The position numbers and the translations under genes were made by a program. The notes under the pieces are model-generated. The model saw only the letters and a list, made by a program, of their open reading frames with translations, was not told the DNA's origin and did not search any database. A stretch of 64,000 nt of DNA from Balanoglossus misakiensis (lineage: Eukaryota > Animalia > Hemichordata), in assembly GCA_040954595.2 (NCBI GenBank), contig CM082583.2, forward strand, positions 1,374,925 to 1,438,924, given 5' to 3'. Below are positions 13,744 to 25,370 of this stretch, one piece after another (positions within the stretch are counted from its first letter, which is position 1; each line of letters starts with the position of its first letter).

Positions 13744-13752
13744 GGCGCGAAA
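13744..13752 (-). promoter_or_regulatory. E2F consensus site upstream of the HIRAN gene
   Basis: GGCGCGAAA (TTTCGCGCC on minus), about 110 bp before ATG 13861; a CCAAT (13501) and a GGGCGG box (~13549) lie further upstream. Confidence 0.5.
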
Positions 13753-13860
13753 TTACCTGTCGTCAGAAAAATCTGACACAATGATCTGCCGTCAGCTCAG
13801 TCGCTGAGTCACCAGTGTACTACACAGTCACCAGAGAACGCCAACGTACGTCAAATCAAA

Positions 13861-14259
13861 ATGCCGAAAGTTATTATTCACGGAGTGAATGCCGTGGGAA
13901 TGGCTCACTACAGAGGAGATTTGACAGTCGGGGAAATATACTATTTGCGCCGCGAGCATGACAATCCTCACGATAGAAATGCCATCGCAATAGTGGATTC
14001 GTCGGAGCCCGGGCCGCGGACCCAAATATTTGGCCATTTGAAGCGTCGCGCCGCACGTTTAATCGCAAGAGTAATCGATGCGGGGCTTGCCTCAAATGGT
14101 GTTTATTATTTGAAGCCTAAGGCCCGCGGTTTCTTCTATTCACGACGTAGCGGTGTCGTTCAGTGGTGCAACGTAGGGTTTCTTTTGAAGAAAAGTGATG
14201 TGGATCGAGCTAGTGAAGTCCTGTTAGGCAACGGATTTAAAGTTACGTGCTCGGACTAA
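13861..14259 (+). CDS. Stand-alone HIRAN-domain protein (132 aa), intronless transposon cargo
   Basis: Intact ORF with TCAAAATG start context. VGMAHY..LTVGEIYYLRREHDNPHDRNAIAIV..IFGHLKRRAARLIA matches the HIRAN pattern (G..Y; L.REP.NP.D.NAI.V; GY/H.P...A..LA). Confidence 0.88.
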   Translation: MPKVIIHGVNAVGMAHYRGDLTVGEIYYLRREHDNPHDRNAIAIVDSSEPGPRTQIFGHLKRRAARLIARVIDAGLASNGVYYLKPKARGFFYSRRSGVVQWCNVGFLLKKSDVDRASEVLLGNGFKVTCSD

Positions 14260-14291
14260 TCGTTTTCTTCCATTCAGTTGGAAAACACAAC

Positions 14292-14333
14292 AAAAACGGC
14301 CCTTTTAAGGGCCACCAAATCCTCCAGAAAGAG
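14292..14333 (+). terminator. Replication-dependent histone-type 3' processing signal (stem-loop plus HDE)
   Basis: AAAAAC-GGCCCT-TTTA-AGGGCC-ACCAAA (stem-loop 14298-14313, 38 nt after the HIRAN stop) followed by purine-rich CAGAAAGAG at 14325-14333. Matches the metazoan consensus AACGGCYCTTTTMAGRGCCACCA plus a CAAGAAAGA-type HDE. Confidence 0.9.
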
Positions 14334-15431
14334 ATATGCCATTAGGCGTTACACGAGAATCTATTATAATGATTATATTCTTGTCACACGGTCACTCTGT
14401 GTGGAGTGACCTGGTTGTCAATGTCATTGTCGTATGTTTTGATTGTTTTGTAGATTGCACATAAGGTCGTTGACCTTTGTACCATGCACTCCAGCGTATC
14501 AGTTTGAGCACACGAGCAGTTCCTATATTTTTGGTTGCAAATACAATTTATCTCACAGTATATTAATTTTAAGGAGCCAATTGTAGAAATCACACTTGTA
14601 ATATTTCACATATTACATATGATCACCCATTTGTTTTAAATTGTCATTTAATTGCTAAGTCATTATCATGTTACACATTTCATGTTATTCTCATTCAGTT
14701 CTCCAGTGTCACTCACATCTGTTATCAGTCTCACACACAATTAATCCATATGAATGCAAGTGTCAACCATGTGTCTTGTCTATTCTGTCAAGTCCACAGT
14801 CCTCACCATTGTATTGTACATGTCACAGTGTCATTGTTACTACCCCAGTCACATACACCATTTTGTTTGTCCATTTGTAATTTATTGAAGAACAATAATT
14901 CAGCCAAAAATTATTTCTAATTAATCATGTTTCACACAATATCATTAACAATGTGTTCAATTAAGCTGTATATATTTATAACACTGAGAAGTCTAACGTC
15001 ATCTTTGTATGGAACTCAACGTTTAATATTAAATAAATATGTATTTCTACATTACACTTGTATATATTATCTATTACATTATATATTGGAAATTTCATAT
15101 TTACACATGACACACATATTTACAATATTTCTGTTAAACTGGATTTTGATAATTAAAGGAAATGTAATATTTATGTTTATATATAAATTATTAATATATT
15201 AGTATTGTAAATATTATAATATTTCTAACACTAGATTGAATGTTATTTTCCAAGCTTGAACAGGATTATTATGTATGATATTCATATTTGTCTTTAACCC
15301 CTGGGATGTTTAGATTTGTCTATCATGGAATGTGTGCAGAGCTGACTTTTCTACACTGATAGGGTGTGTAAAATGCCAAAGAACTTATCCAACACTGCAA
15401 CAGTGGATGATTCTGTAATATTGTGAAGATT

Positions 15432-18400
15432 CTATTCTATTGTAGCAATGTACTCCCTTACATCACTTAAAAGTTTAAGTAACCCATCTTTCTTATGTTC
15501 TTTTCTTAACTTGATGACAAACTTTTCTTTGTCAAAATTGCTTGGTACAACAGACAAAAGAGTGTTGATTTCATTTGTAATTTGCAGATTTGTTTTGTTC
15601 TGATCTAATTCAAAGTATTCCCTTTCTGTTGGTGTTACGAAGACTGGTAGAGGGGTTGGTCTTTTTGATGGGTATATTCCTGGCAAGAGGTATTCAGTTA
15701 TCAAATCATGTTGGCGCTGCTTTGCTATGATTGGCAAACTTAACAGTTCAAAATCTAATGGTTTGCCACAAACAGACAACAGCTTTCTGCCAAAAGTGGG
15801 CTTACAATAACTATTGCGGCGGAGTAGGATATGAAATTCTGTCAGTTCATTTTTGTATGTTGGGTATGTTCTTTGGCGTTTTTCAACATGGGGAAGTGAC
15901 AGTGTAGTTGTGACAGCATTCCTCAAAGCCACCAATGTGTCATAATTGGCTATAACCCGTTCCCAAGTTTTATAGTTTGGTTCTCCTCCAATCCATTTTT
16001 TAACTTCTTTGTTATATTCTTCAAGGACAAAATCTGTTCCTTGATGAGCTGTGGGTGAACCAGACCTTGATATGCTTTCATACCTCTGAAGAATCTGATT
16101 AAGGTCATAAGGGTATCTAATCCTGTCAAATTCATCCCAGCATTCGATGACCTGATATTTAGGGTGGTTTCTAGTAAACCATACAGGCATGAATAACCTC
16201 CTGCCTGTTCTGATCAAACAGCTGTTGTTACTCCTTATACCTTTCCTGAACAATTTCAACCCTAAACAGTGAGGTATAAGTTGATTCACAATCAACTGAA
16301 AGGTGTCATCATTACTGGTGTTAGCAAATGCCCACTCCAAAAACCTTTGAAATGATATTGACTCAGTATTATCAGTATCTTTGACATAGTTATACACAAG
16401 TTCATCAATTATACCATCACAGAATTTAAGGAAATTGTCAAATGCCTGATGGTGGTCCCCACAGCTTTTGAAGAACATGAGAGATTTCTCTGTCTTGTAT
16501 CCTTGTGTTTTAGCAAACTCTTCATACAACACATCCCAATATAATCCAATCAATGCTTTGAGCATATTCATTAATTTCCTCATGACCCAACCCAGTCCTC
16601 AGAAGTACCCAGTCAAATTCCCCTGAACTCTCAGCAATAATTTTTCTGACCAACCCTGATGGTAATCCATCACAACGAACAATTGTCCACTCCCTTTTAC
16701 CGTCAGGATTATAATATTTAATCCCTGCATGTCTACCAATTGATCTAAGTACTTCCTTAACAGCCTCAATACTACTTGGATTGACAAACACAGGAGCAAT
16801 CATTTGGATTTGAGGGATATTACATCTCTCTTTTGTGTTTTTTTCAATGGTGCTGTCACTTTCAAGAGAAGGGAAACTGTTATGGAAAACAAGGCTGCGA
16901 GATGTTGATTTTGACTTCTTTTCAACCCTTGTATTTAAGCTATCCCCTTTTTCCTGTGCCTTTCTTTCTTTTGCTATCCATGTACCACATTTTTCACATT
17001 TTTTCTTTGATTTCAGATTTCTATAATTGCATTGAGGTACAGGGCAAATTTTATACTCTTCTTGTTCTTTCCTTTTCTCCAATTCATTTTCAATGGAATT
17101 AATGTCATCTGTTTTGTTCAATCTTTCAGTTAAATATTTATCAAATTCTCCATGGTATGCCGATATCATGTCTGTTGTAAGTTCACACAAACTCAAAGCT
17201 TCTTCATCACTAGGAACAGGAAAATTACTTGGCTTATAGTTCTCATCCTCTTGAATAGTTGAAAGGGGATCTAATTGTACACATATTGAATTAGTTAAAA
17301 TCTCCAATACTTGTTTATTTTGATTACGTGACAGTCTTGTCTTCATTAATCTTTGCTCATTATCAAAACAATACTCTAACAAACCCTGTGGTGTATTACT
17401 CTCTGATTTCACTCCCATTTCTGTTAACATTGAATAAATAGTATCATAACTCCCCCCAGGACAAATATGACCAACAATATCAATTACACTCTCACTTTGA
17501 CAAATTGAATATATAACAGCTTCCACTGCACACACAAAATCACTGATATAATTTAGGTTTCTAGCATTATAAATGGACTCAACAGCAAGAAATTTCTTAA
17601 CTTTGTGTTTTTCGTTTGATTTTTTTGATACTGGCGATTTGTGGTGAGTAAATCCATTCACAGCAGCCACAACCACAGGATTTCTATTATTAACCAATTC
17701 ATCTATATTTATATTAATTTGATTTTCAAGACTTCTAGATTGCTTATTTTGTTGCATCTCCACAGAATGGTCAAAAATAGCCTCACTCTCAAGCTCTGAG
17801 ATCTTTTTAATTGCATCTATTCTTTTTCTTTGTGTATCAAACTGATTTAGAATGGATGTTTTGAGTTCAAGTCTTTCTTTATTTGAACTTTCTATCTCCC
17901 TCTTCAGCCTCCTTATTTCCTTATCTTGTTCTTCTATCCTCTTTATTAAGTCAGCCATTCCACTGCACATGTGTTGAGGTGGATCCTAAGCAAAACACAT
18001 CAAAGTAACCTTTGGTTAGATCCAAATACAACAGACAGACAGACAGACTAGGCCAGATTGACACACAGGCAGAGCAAGAGACGGACAGCAAACATACTGA
18101 AAAAAATAGCAACATATTACAGCTACTTATACTATCCCATTTGATTCTAAATGTTTGCTGAAAGTATAGCTATTTATAAGTAGAAAATGTGTGTGGGTAT
18201 AATAGGTGTATTTATTTGCTACCGACTGAACAAGATATCAAATATTTTTGCACAACACTTTTTACCTGCACATGAATTGCTCTAGTTTACCTAAACACCT
18301 GAGCTATTTGAATGCGACTCACAGGCAGCATTTTACTGGATAACAAAAACCTCTCACTGACTACTGGGTTTGTCCAGCCCAACTTCCTTAGCTTGGCTCA

Positions 18401-19498
18401 ATCCAAAGGGTTACAGTCTAGCAATTGTATGTGAACTAGGTAATCATTTCAGTGTCAGCATACCTGTAGATTCTGCACTGAAGGTTCATATCCACTACCA
18501 GTAACATCAGCAGACTCTTGATGTTCCTATTATATTGAAATAAATTTAATTAAAAATTTCGAAAATATATTCATGAAATTAATGCAAAAAATTGCAGCTA
18601 TTGGGGCTTTAAGCACTTAGGGGTGGACTTGGCGCTTTGCTGTAAAATTACCTATGCATGCTATCACAGGCGTCGGATTCACATTGCTGTGATTGCTTGA
18701 TTGAACCTGTAAATAAATAAACCTTATTTACAGGTTGAATCAAGCGATCACAGCAGTGTGACTCCGACGCCTGTGCATGTTATGATAGTGCCAGACAAAG
18801 AAGGCGAGAGCGGCTGCTGACAGACTTATTATTTGGCCCGGCCTGTACGAAAATATGTGGGACGATTTTAATTGTGTTGTTGGGACGTCGACCTCGGCCG
18901 CTCGGTCCCTGGATCTGGAGGGACCGTGTAATTAGGATGTCGGGTGCAGGCGAGACTTTCCCTGCTTGTTTCTTACTATCGTAGACCCTTTTTGACAATA
19001 ACACAGAATGAAAGTTAATGTGTAAGGCCATGAAGGAAACAAACGTACGCAAGATAAAATCACTGCCTAAGATCGTATCTAGCGTTGTTTACATTGTTGA
19101 CAGGTCATCGGTCAAACACCGAAGGTCAACTTATCGCCCTCACGAGAGAAAAGAAACAGTTGTTTTATTTTTCGGATACGTACCTGCACTGTTCGCCCGT
19201 GTCCCAGAGTTCCCGCATCACCAAAACGGGTAAATTCCCTCTTCGTCGGGGCTATTTCGATGCATTTCCTGCAGATTGTTGCGGTGCGGTGTACGCCAAG
19301 TCTAGAAAAAATGTTCCGGTACTCCTTTCTTACGTACTTGGCGATTTCTGGTCGTGTATTTGTCCCCCGGTTCCATTTTTCATGGAACGGGTTTTTACAT
19401 TGCGGTGTTTTTTGCGTGACAACTAAAATTATTACTGTGATTAAAATAAAAGTGATTGCAAACGCTGAAATAAAATAGACAACTTCCCTGGTGTGCAT
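15432..19498 (-). CDS. Spliced putative DDE-type transposase (~975 aa if repaired), one frameshift; superfamily unassigned, motif order resembles Academ/DUF6589-type proteins
   Basis: Exons 19498-19184 (105 aa, CKNPFH..ICRKC), 18526-18464 (21 aa) and 17985-15432, all GT-AG, phase 0 and in frame. Coiled coil; YCFDNEQ; zinc ribbon CPVPQC..CEKC; VNPSS; VRCDGLP; LRTGLGHEE; RNHPKYQ; QGTDFVLEEYNKEVK. Frameshift near 16571-16574 splits ORFs 16522-17970 and 15432-16583. Confidence 0.78.
18665..18775. repeat. 111-bp foldback (52-bp arms) in transposase intron 1
   Basis: CACAGGCGTCGGA...GTAAATAA / TTATTTACAGG...GACGCCTGTG with 4 mismatches; flanked by CATGCTAT / CATGTTAT (possible 8-bp TSD). Confidence 0.85.
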
Positions 19499-19845
19499 GT
19501 TTGCTCAAAGCTAGCTGGTCGAGGGTTCGAAAATCTGTTTGAAAAGTGTCGTCTGCTCACTGACGATCGGTCGTCAAGGGCGACGTATGACGTCAATCGG
19601 GAATGCACAGCGCTGATCGTGAGTTACCTGACAGCTCCAGTATAGTATATTTTACTTTTGCATTTTCATAATTTTCTGAAGAAGACTGTAATTTTCACAG
19701 TTTATTTATTACGATGATGAAAAAAAATTGCGAGGCTGCTGTGTTCATCACATGGGTGCAATGAAATTGCTAATACGATTGGCTCCATTTCTACTGTGTC
19801 CATAGAAACGTTCTATAATGAATATTCATTTATTCTAATTAATGT

Positions 19846-19872
19846 TTCCATATTTGGCGATCGGGGCGAGTG
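19846..19872 (-). repeat. Right TIR of the 8.1-kb transposon
   Basis: TTCCATATTTGGCGATCGGGGCGAGTG followed by the TATAT TSD. Confidence 0.95.
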
Positions 19873-22800
19873 TATATGACACAGACTGGCGTAAGTTATC
19901 AACGGTGATTACGTCGGATTTCCTACGGCCTGGTTTAGCTGAAGCCCCGGCACTTTAGAGCGGAAACACGCGTACATTGACCACGATGATCAAGTCAGAT
20001 CTCCTACGGCCTGGATCGACTAAAACCCCGGCACACCATGACAGACACTAGCGTTCGTTAGCAACGGTGATCAAGTCGGATTTCCTTCGGCCTGGCTCTG
20101 CAAAAGACCCGACACTCTAGTACAAAGACGTTGGCTAAGTCGGGCAAACCGAAGAGGGAAAGTCACAGCGGGTCAACACTCGACATTTGTTCGGTTAGGA
20201 CTGCATTATTGCTTGTCAATTTATAGAGAAAGCCCGAATTAAACCAGGGCGTTTCAAACACCGACGTTAGTTGGGGGCACGGCCTGCAGTACTGCCGGGT
20301 AAGCTGACATCGGCGTACCGCATATAATGTAGGGGGGGGGGGGTGGAACGGTACAATACTACACTTATTAGATATCAGCTAATTTTGGACAATCATCTAA
20401 AATCTAAATTATTTGGATATCTGATGATGTATGAAATTTCCATTATATGTAAAAATGGTGCTGATTATAAAAAATGCACTCTGAATGAGCTGATTTAATA
20501 CAAAATTGCGTTTTATTCGTTTTTGCACCAAAAAGGTCATTTTTAGGCAAAACATTCTTTATTTTTTTAATTTGGTGACCTGATCATATATAAACAATTG
20601 CTTTTATGTTAAAAGTTTTTATGACTTTTAAAAGCAGTGACACTGGCGGCATTCAACACGAAAAATACCAATTTTAGCCACAATTTGGTCAAAATAGTAA
20701 ATTTTTGAAAATTACAAAAAAATACCTGTTTTCTACATTTTCGGAAATCTGATGGAGTATAGAATGCTCTTCGTATGTATATATCCATACAAATTCCACA
20801 AAAGACCGTCTAATTTGGCTCACTGCAGACAAAATTGCGTTTTACCAAATTTTCCTTGAAAATGTCATTTTTAGAAAAAAAAAATAAAAAAAAACCTTTG
20901 TTCTTCGAATTTGATGCCCTGATCATATATGACATGTTGATTGTATGTTAAAACTTTCGACCACTCCAAATATGCAGAGATATTGACGGAATTCAAGAAA
21001 AAATAGCCATTTTGGCCATATTTTGACAAAAATGGTAAATTTTTAAAAAATCATAAAAAATTAATTCTCTTCTTCATTTACGGAAATATTATGGAGCATG
21101 AAGTGTCGTTCTCTTGTAAAAAGTACTGCAAATTCCAGAAAAGGCGGTATAATGTGAATTACCCAAGACAAAATTACCATTTTCGACTTTTTTTCGAAAA
21201 ATTGTGTTTTTTACAAAATAAATAAGAATAAATTCTTTTCTTAGTTTCAAACGGGTAGAGATACTTTCCACACGGGTTTTCTAACATTGAATTCCCGTTC
21301 ATCAACTCAGATTTCCTACAGCATAAGTGGGCTAAAACCCTGACACTCTAGAGCAGAAACAGTTGCACACTGGTAACGTTGAACAAGTCGATTTTTCTAC
21401 GGCCTGGCTCGGCTAAATCTCCGTCACAATATGACAGACACTAGCATACGTTAGCAACGGTGATCAAGTCAGATTTTCTACGGCATGGCTTGGATAAAGC
21501 CCCGGCACTCTAGAGCAGAAACACGCGTACAGAGACCACGTTGATCAAGTCTGATCTCCTACGGCTTGGCTCGACTAAATCCCCGGCACACTATGACAGA
21601 CCCTAGCGTTCGTTAGCAACGTTGATCAAGTCAGATTTCCTACGGCATGGCTTGGCTAAAGCCCTGGCACTCTAGAGCAGAAACACGCGTACAGAGACCA
21701 CGTTGATCTACTCACATTTCCTTTGGCCTGGCACGGCTGATGCCCCGGCACTCTATAGCAGAAACAGGCGTACATTGACCACGTTGATCAAGTCAGATTT
21801 CCTACGGCGTGACTCGGCTTGTGCACCGGCTCTATATGACACAGACTGGCGTAAGTTATCAACGGTGATTACGTCGGATTTCCTTCGGCCTGGTTTAGCT
21901 GAAGCCCCGGCACTTTAGAGCGGAAACACGCGTACATTGACCACGATGATCAAGTCAGATCTCCTACGGCCTGGATCGACTAAAACCCCGGCACACCATG
22001 ACAGACACTAGCGTTCGTTAGCAACGGTGATCAAGTCGGATTTCCTTCGGCCTGGCTCTGCAAAAGACCCGACACTCTAGTACAAAGACGTTGGCTAAGT
22101 CGGGCAAACCGAAGAGGGAAAGTCACAGCGGGTCAACACTCGACATTTGTTCGGTTAGGACTGCATTATTGCTTGTCAATTTATAGAGAAAGCCCGAATT
22201 AAACCAGGGCGTTTCAAACAATGACGTTAGTTGGGGGCACGGCCTGCAGTACTGCCGGGTAAGCTGACATCGGCGTACCGCATATAATGTAGGGGGGGGG
22301 GGGGGGGTGGAACGGTTCAATTCTACATTTATTAGATATCAGCTAATTTTAGACAATCATCTAAAATCTAAATTATTTGGATATCTGATGATGTATGAAA
22401 TTTCCATTATATGTAAAAATGGTGCTGATTATAAATAATGCACTCTGATTTAATACAAAATTGCGTTTTATTCGTTTTTGCACCAAAAAGGTCATTTTTA
22501 GGCAAAACATTCTTTATTTTTTTAATTCGGTGACCTGATCATATATAAACAATTGCTTGTATGTTAAAAGTTTTTATGACTTTTAAAAGCAGTGACACTG
22601 GCGGCATTCAATACGAAAATAACAATTTTATCCACAATTTGGTCAAAATGGTAAATTTTTGAAAATTTCAAAAAATACCTGTTTTCTACATTTTCGGAAA
22701 TCTGATGGAGTATATAATGCTCTTCGTATGTATATATCGATACAAATTCCACAAAAGACCGTCTAATTTGTCTCACTGCAGACAAAATTGCGTTTTACCA

Positions 22801-23257
22801 AATTTTCCTTGAAAATGTCATTTTTAGAAAAAATAAATAAAAAAACCTTTGTTCTTCGAATTTGGTGCCCTGATCATATATGACATGTTGATTGTATGTT
22901 AAAACTTTCGACCACTCCAAATATGCAGAGATATTGACGGAATTCAAGAAAAAATAGCCATTTTGGCCATATTTTGACAAACATGGTAAATTTTTAAAAA
23001 ATCTTAAAAAATTAATTCTCTTCTTCATTTTCGGAAATATTATGGAGCATGAAGTGTCGTTCTCTTGTAAAAAGTGCTGCAAATTCCAGAAAAGGCGGTA
23101 TAATGTGAATCACCCAAGACAAAATTACCATTTTCGACTTTTTTTCGAAAAATTGTTTTTTTTTACAAAATAAATAAGAATAAATTCTTTTCTTAGTTTC
23201 AATCGGGTAGAGACACTTTTCACACGGGTTTGCTAACATTGAATTCCCGTTCATCAA

Positions 23258-25370
23258 CTCAGATTTCCTACAGCATAAGTCGGCTAAAACCCTGACACTC
23301 TAGAGCAGAAACAGTTGCACACTGGTAACGTTGAACAAGTCGATTTTTCTACGGCCTGGCTCGGCTAAATCTCCGTCTGACTCACAATATGACAGACACT
23401 AGCGTACGTTAGCAACGGTGATCAAGTCAGATTTCCTACGGCCTGGTTTAGCTGAAGCCCCGGCAATTTAGAGCGGAAACACGCGTACAGAGACCACGTT
23501 GATCAAGTCTGATCTCCTACGGCTTGGCTCGACTAAAACCCCGGCACACTATGACAGACACTAGCGTTCGTTAGCAACGTTGATCAAGTCAGATTTCCTA
23601 CGGCATGGCTTGGCTAAAGCCCTGGCACTCTAGAGCAGAAACACGCGTACAGAGACCACGTTGATCTACTCACATTTCCTTCGGCCTGGCACGGCTGATG
23701 CCCTGGCACTATATATAGGACACAGACTGGCGTAAGTTAACAACGGTAATCACGTCGGGTTTCCTACGGCCTGGCTCAGCTGACGCCCCGGCACTCTAGA
23801 GCAGAAACAGGCGTACATTGACCACGTTGATCAAGTCAGATTTCCTATGGCGTGACTCGGCTGGTGCACCGGCTCTATATGACACAGACTGGCGTAAATT
23901 ATCAACGGTTATTCCGTCGGATTTCCTACGGCCTGGTTTAGCTGAAGCCCCGGCAATTTAGAGCGGAAACACGCGTACAGAGACCACGTTGATCAAGTCT
24001 GATCTCCTACGGCTTGGCTCGACTAAAACCCCGGCACACTATGACAGACACTAGCGTTCGTTAGCAACGTTGATCAAGTCAGATTTCCTACGGCATGGCT
24101 TGGCTAAAGCCCTGGCACTCTAGAGCAGAAACACGCGTACAGAGACCACGTTGATCTACTCACATTTCCTTCGGCCTGGCACGGCTGATGCCCCGGCACT
24201 ATATATAGGACACAGACTGGCGTAAGTTAACAACAGTAATCACGTCGGGTTTCCTACGGCCTGGCTCAGCTGAAGCCCCGGCACTCTAGAGCAGAAACAG
24301 GCGTACATTGACCACGTTGATCAAGTCAGATTTCCTATGGCGTGACTCGGCTGGTGCACCGGCTCTATATGACACAGACTGGCGTAAGTTATCAACGGTT
24401 ATTCCGTCGGATTTCCTACGGCCTGGTTTAGCTGAAGCCCCGGCAATTTAGAGCGGAAACACGCGTACAGAGACCACGTTGATCAAGTCTGATCTCCTAC
24501 GGCTTGGCTCGACTAAAACCCCGGCACACTATGACAGACACTAGCGTTCGTTAGCAACGTTGATCAAGTCAGATTTCCTACGGCATGGCTTGGCTAAAGC
24601 CCTGGCACTCTAGAGCAGAAACACGCGTACAGAGACCACGTTGATCTACTCACATTTCCTTCGGCCTGGCACGGCTGATGCCCCGGCACTATATATAGGA
24701 CACAGACTGGCGTAAGTTAACAACGGTAATCACGTCGGGTTTCCTACGGCCTGGCTCAGCTGAAGCCCCGGCACTCTAGAGCAGAAACAGGCGTACATTG
24801 ACCACGTTCATCAAGTCAGATTTCCTACGGCGTGACTCGGCTTGTGCACCGGCTGTACATGACACAGACTAGCGTAAGTTATCAACACTGATTACGTCGA
24901 ATTTCCTACGGCCTGGTTTAGCTGAAGCCCCGGCACTTTAGAGCGGAAACACGCGTTCATTGACCACGATGATCAAGTCAGATCTCCTACGGCCTGGCTC
25001 GACTAAAACCCCGGCACACCATGACAGACACTAGCGTTCGTTTGCAACGGTGATCAAGTCAGATTTTCTACGGCATGGCTTGGATAAAGCCCCGGCACTC
25101 TAGAGCAGAAACACGCGTACAGAGACCACGTTGATCAAGTCTGATCTCCTACGGCTTGGCTCGACTAAAATCCCGGCACACTATGACAGACACTAGCGTT
25201 CGTTAGCAACGTTGATCAAGTCAGATTTCCTACGGCCTGGTTTAGCTGAAGCCCCGGCACTTTAGAGCGGAAACACGCGTACATTGACCACGATGATCAA
25301 GTCAGATCTCCTTCGGCCTGGCTCTGCAAAAGACCCGACACTCTAGTACAAAGACGTTGGCTAAGTCGGG
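23258..25370 (+). repeat. Expanded 81-bp subrepeat block with a 490-bp (6-mer) higher-order period
   Basis: The diagnostic variant CGGCAATTTAGAGCGGAAAC recurs at 23461, 23951 and 24441 (490 = 6x81+4). Confidence 0.85.

Larger units (their letters stand above)
11741..19872 (-). mobile_element. 8,132-bp full-length DNA transposon with CAC...GTG termini and 5-bp TSD, carrying a transposase and a HIRAN gene
   Basis: Perfect 27-bp TIR CACTCGCCCCGATCGCCAAATATGGAA at 11741-11767 and 19846-19872. TSD TATAT at 11736-11740 and 19873-19877. The empty site GGCTCTATATGACACAG is present in other monomers. Confidence 0.95.

Noticed and set aside
13800-14340. Histone gene or pseudogene explaining the stem-loop
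   Set aside because: The ORF directly upstream is HIRAN, and no histone-like peptide appears in the ORF track or by eye nearby.
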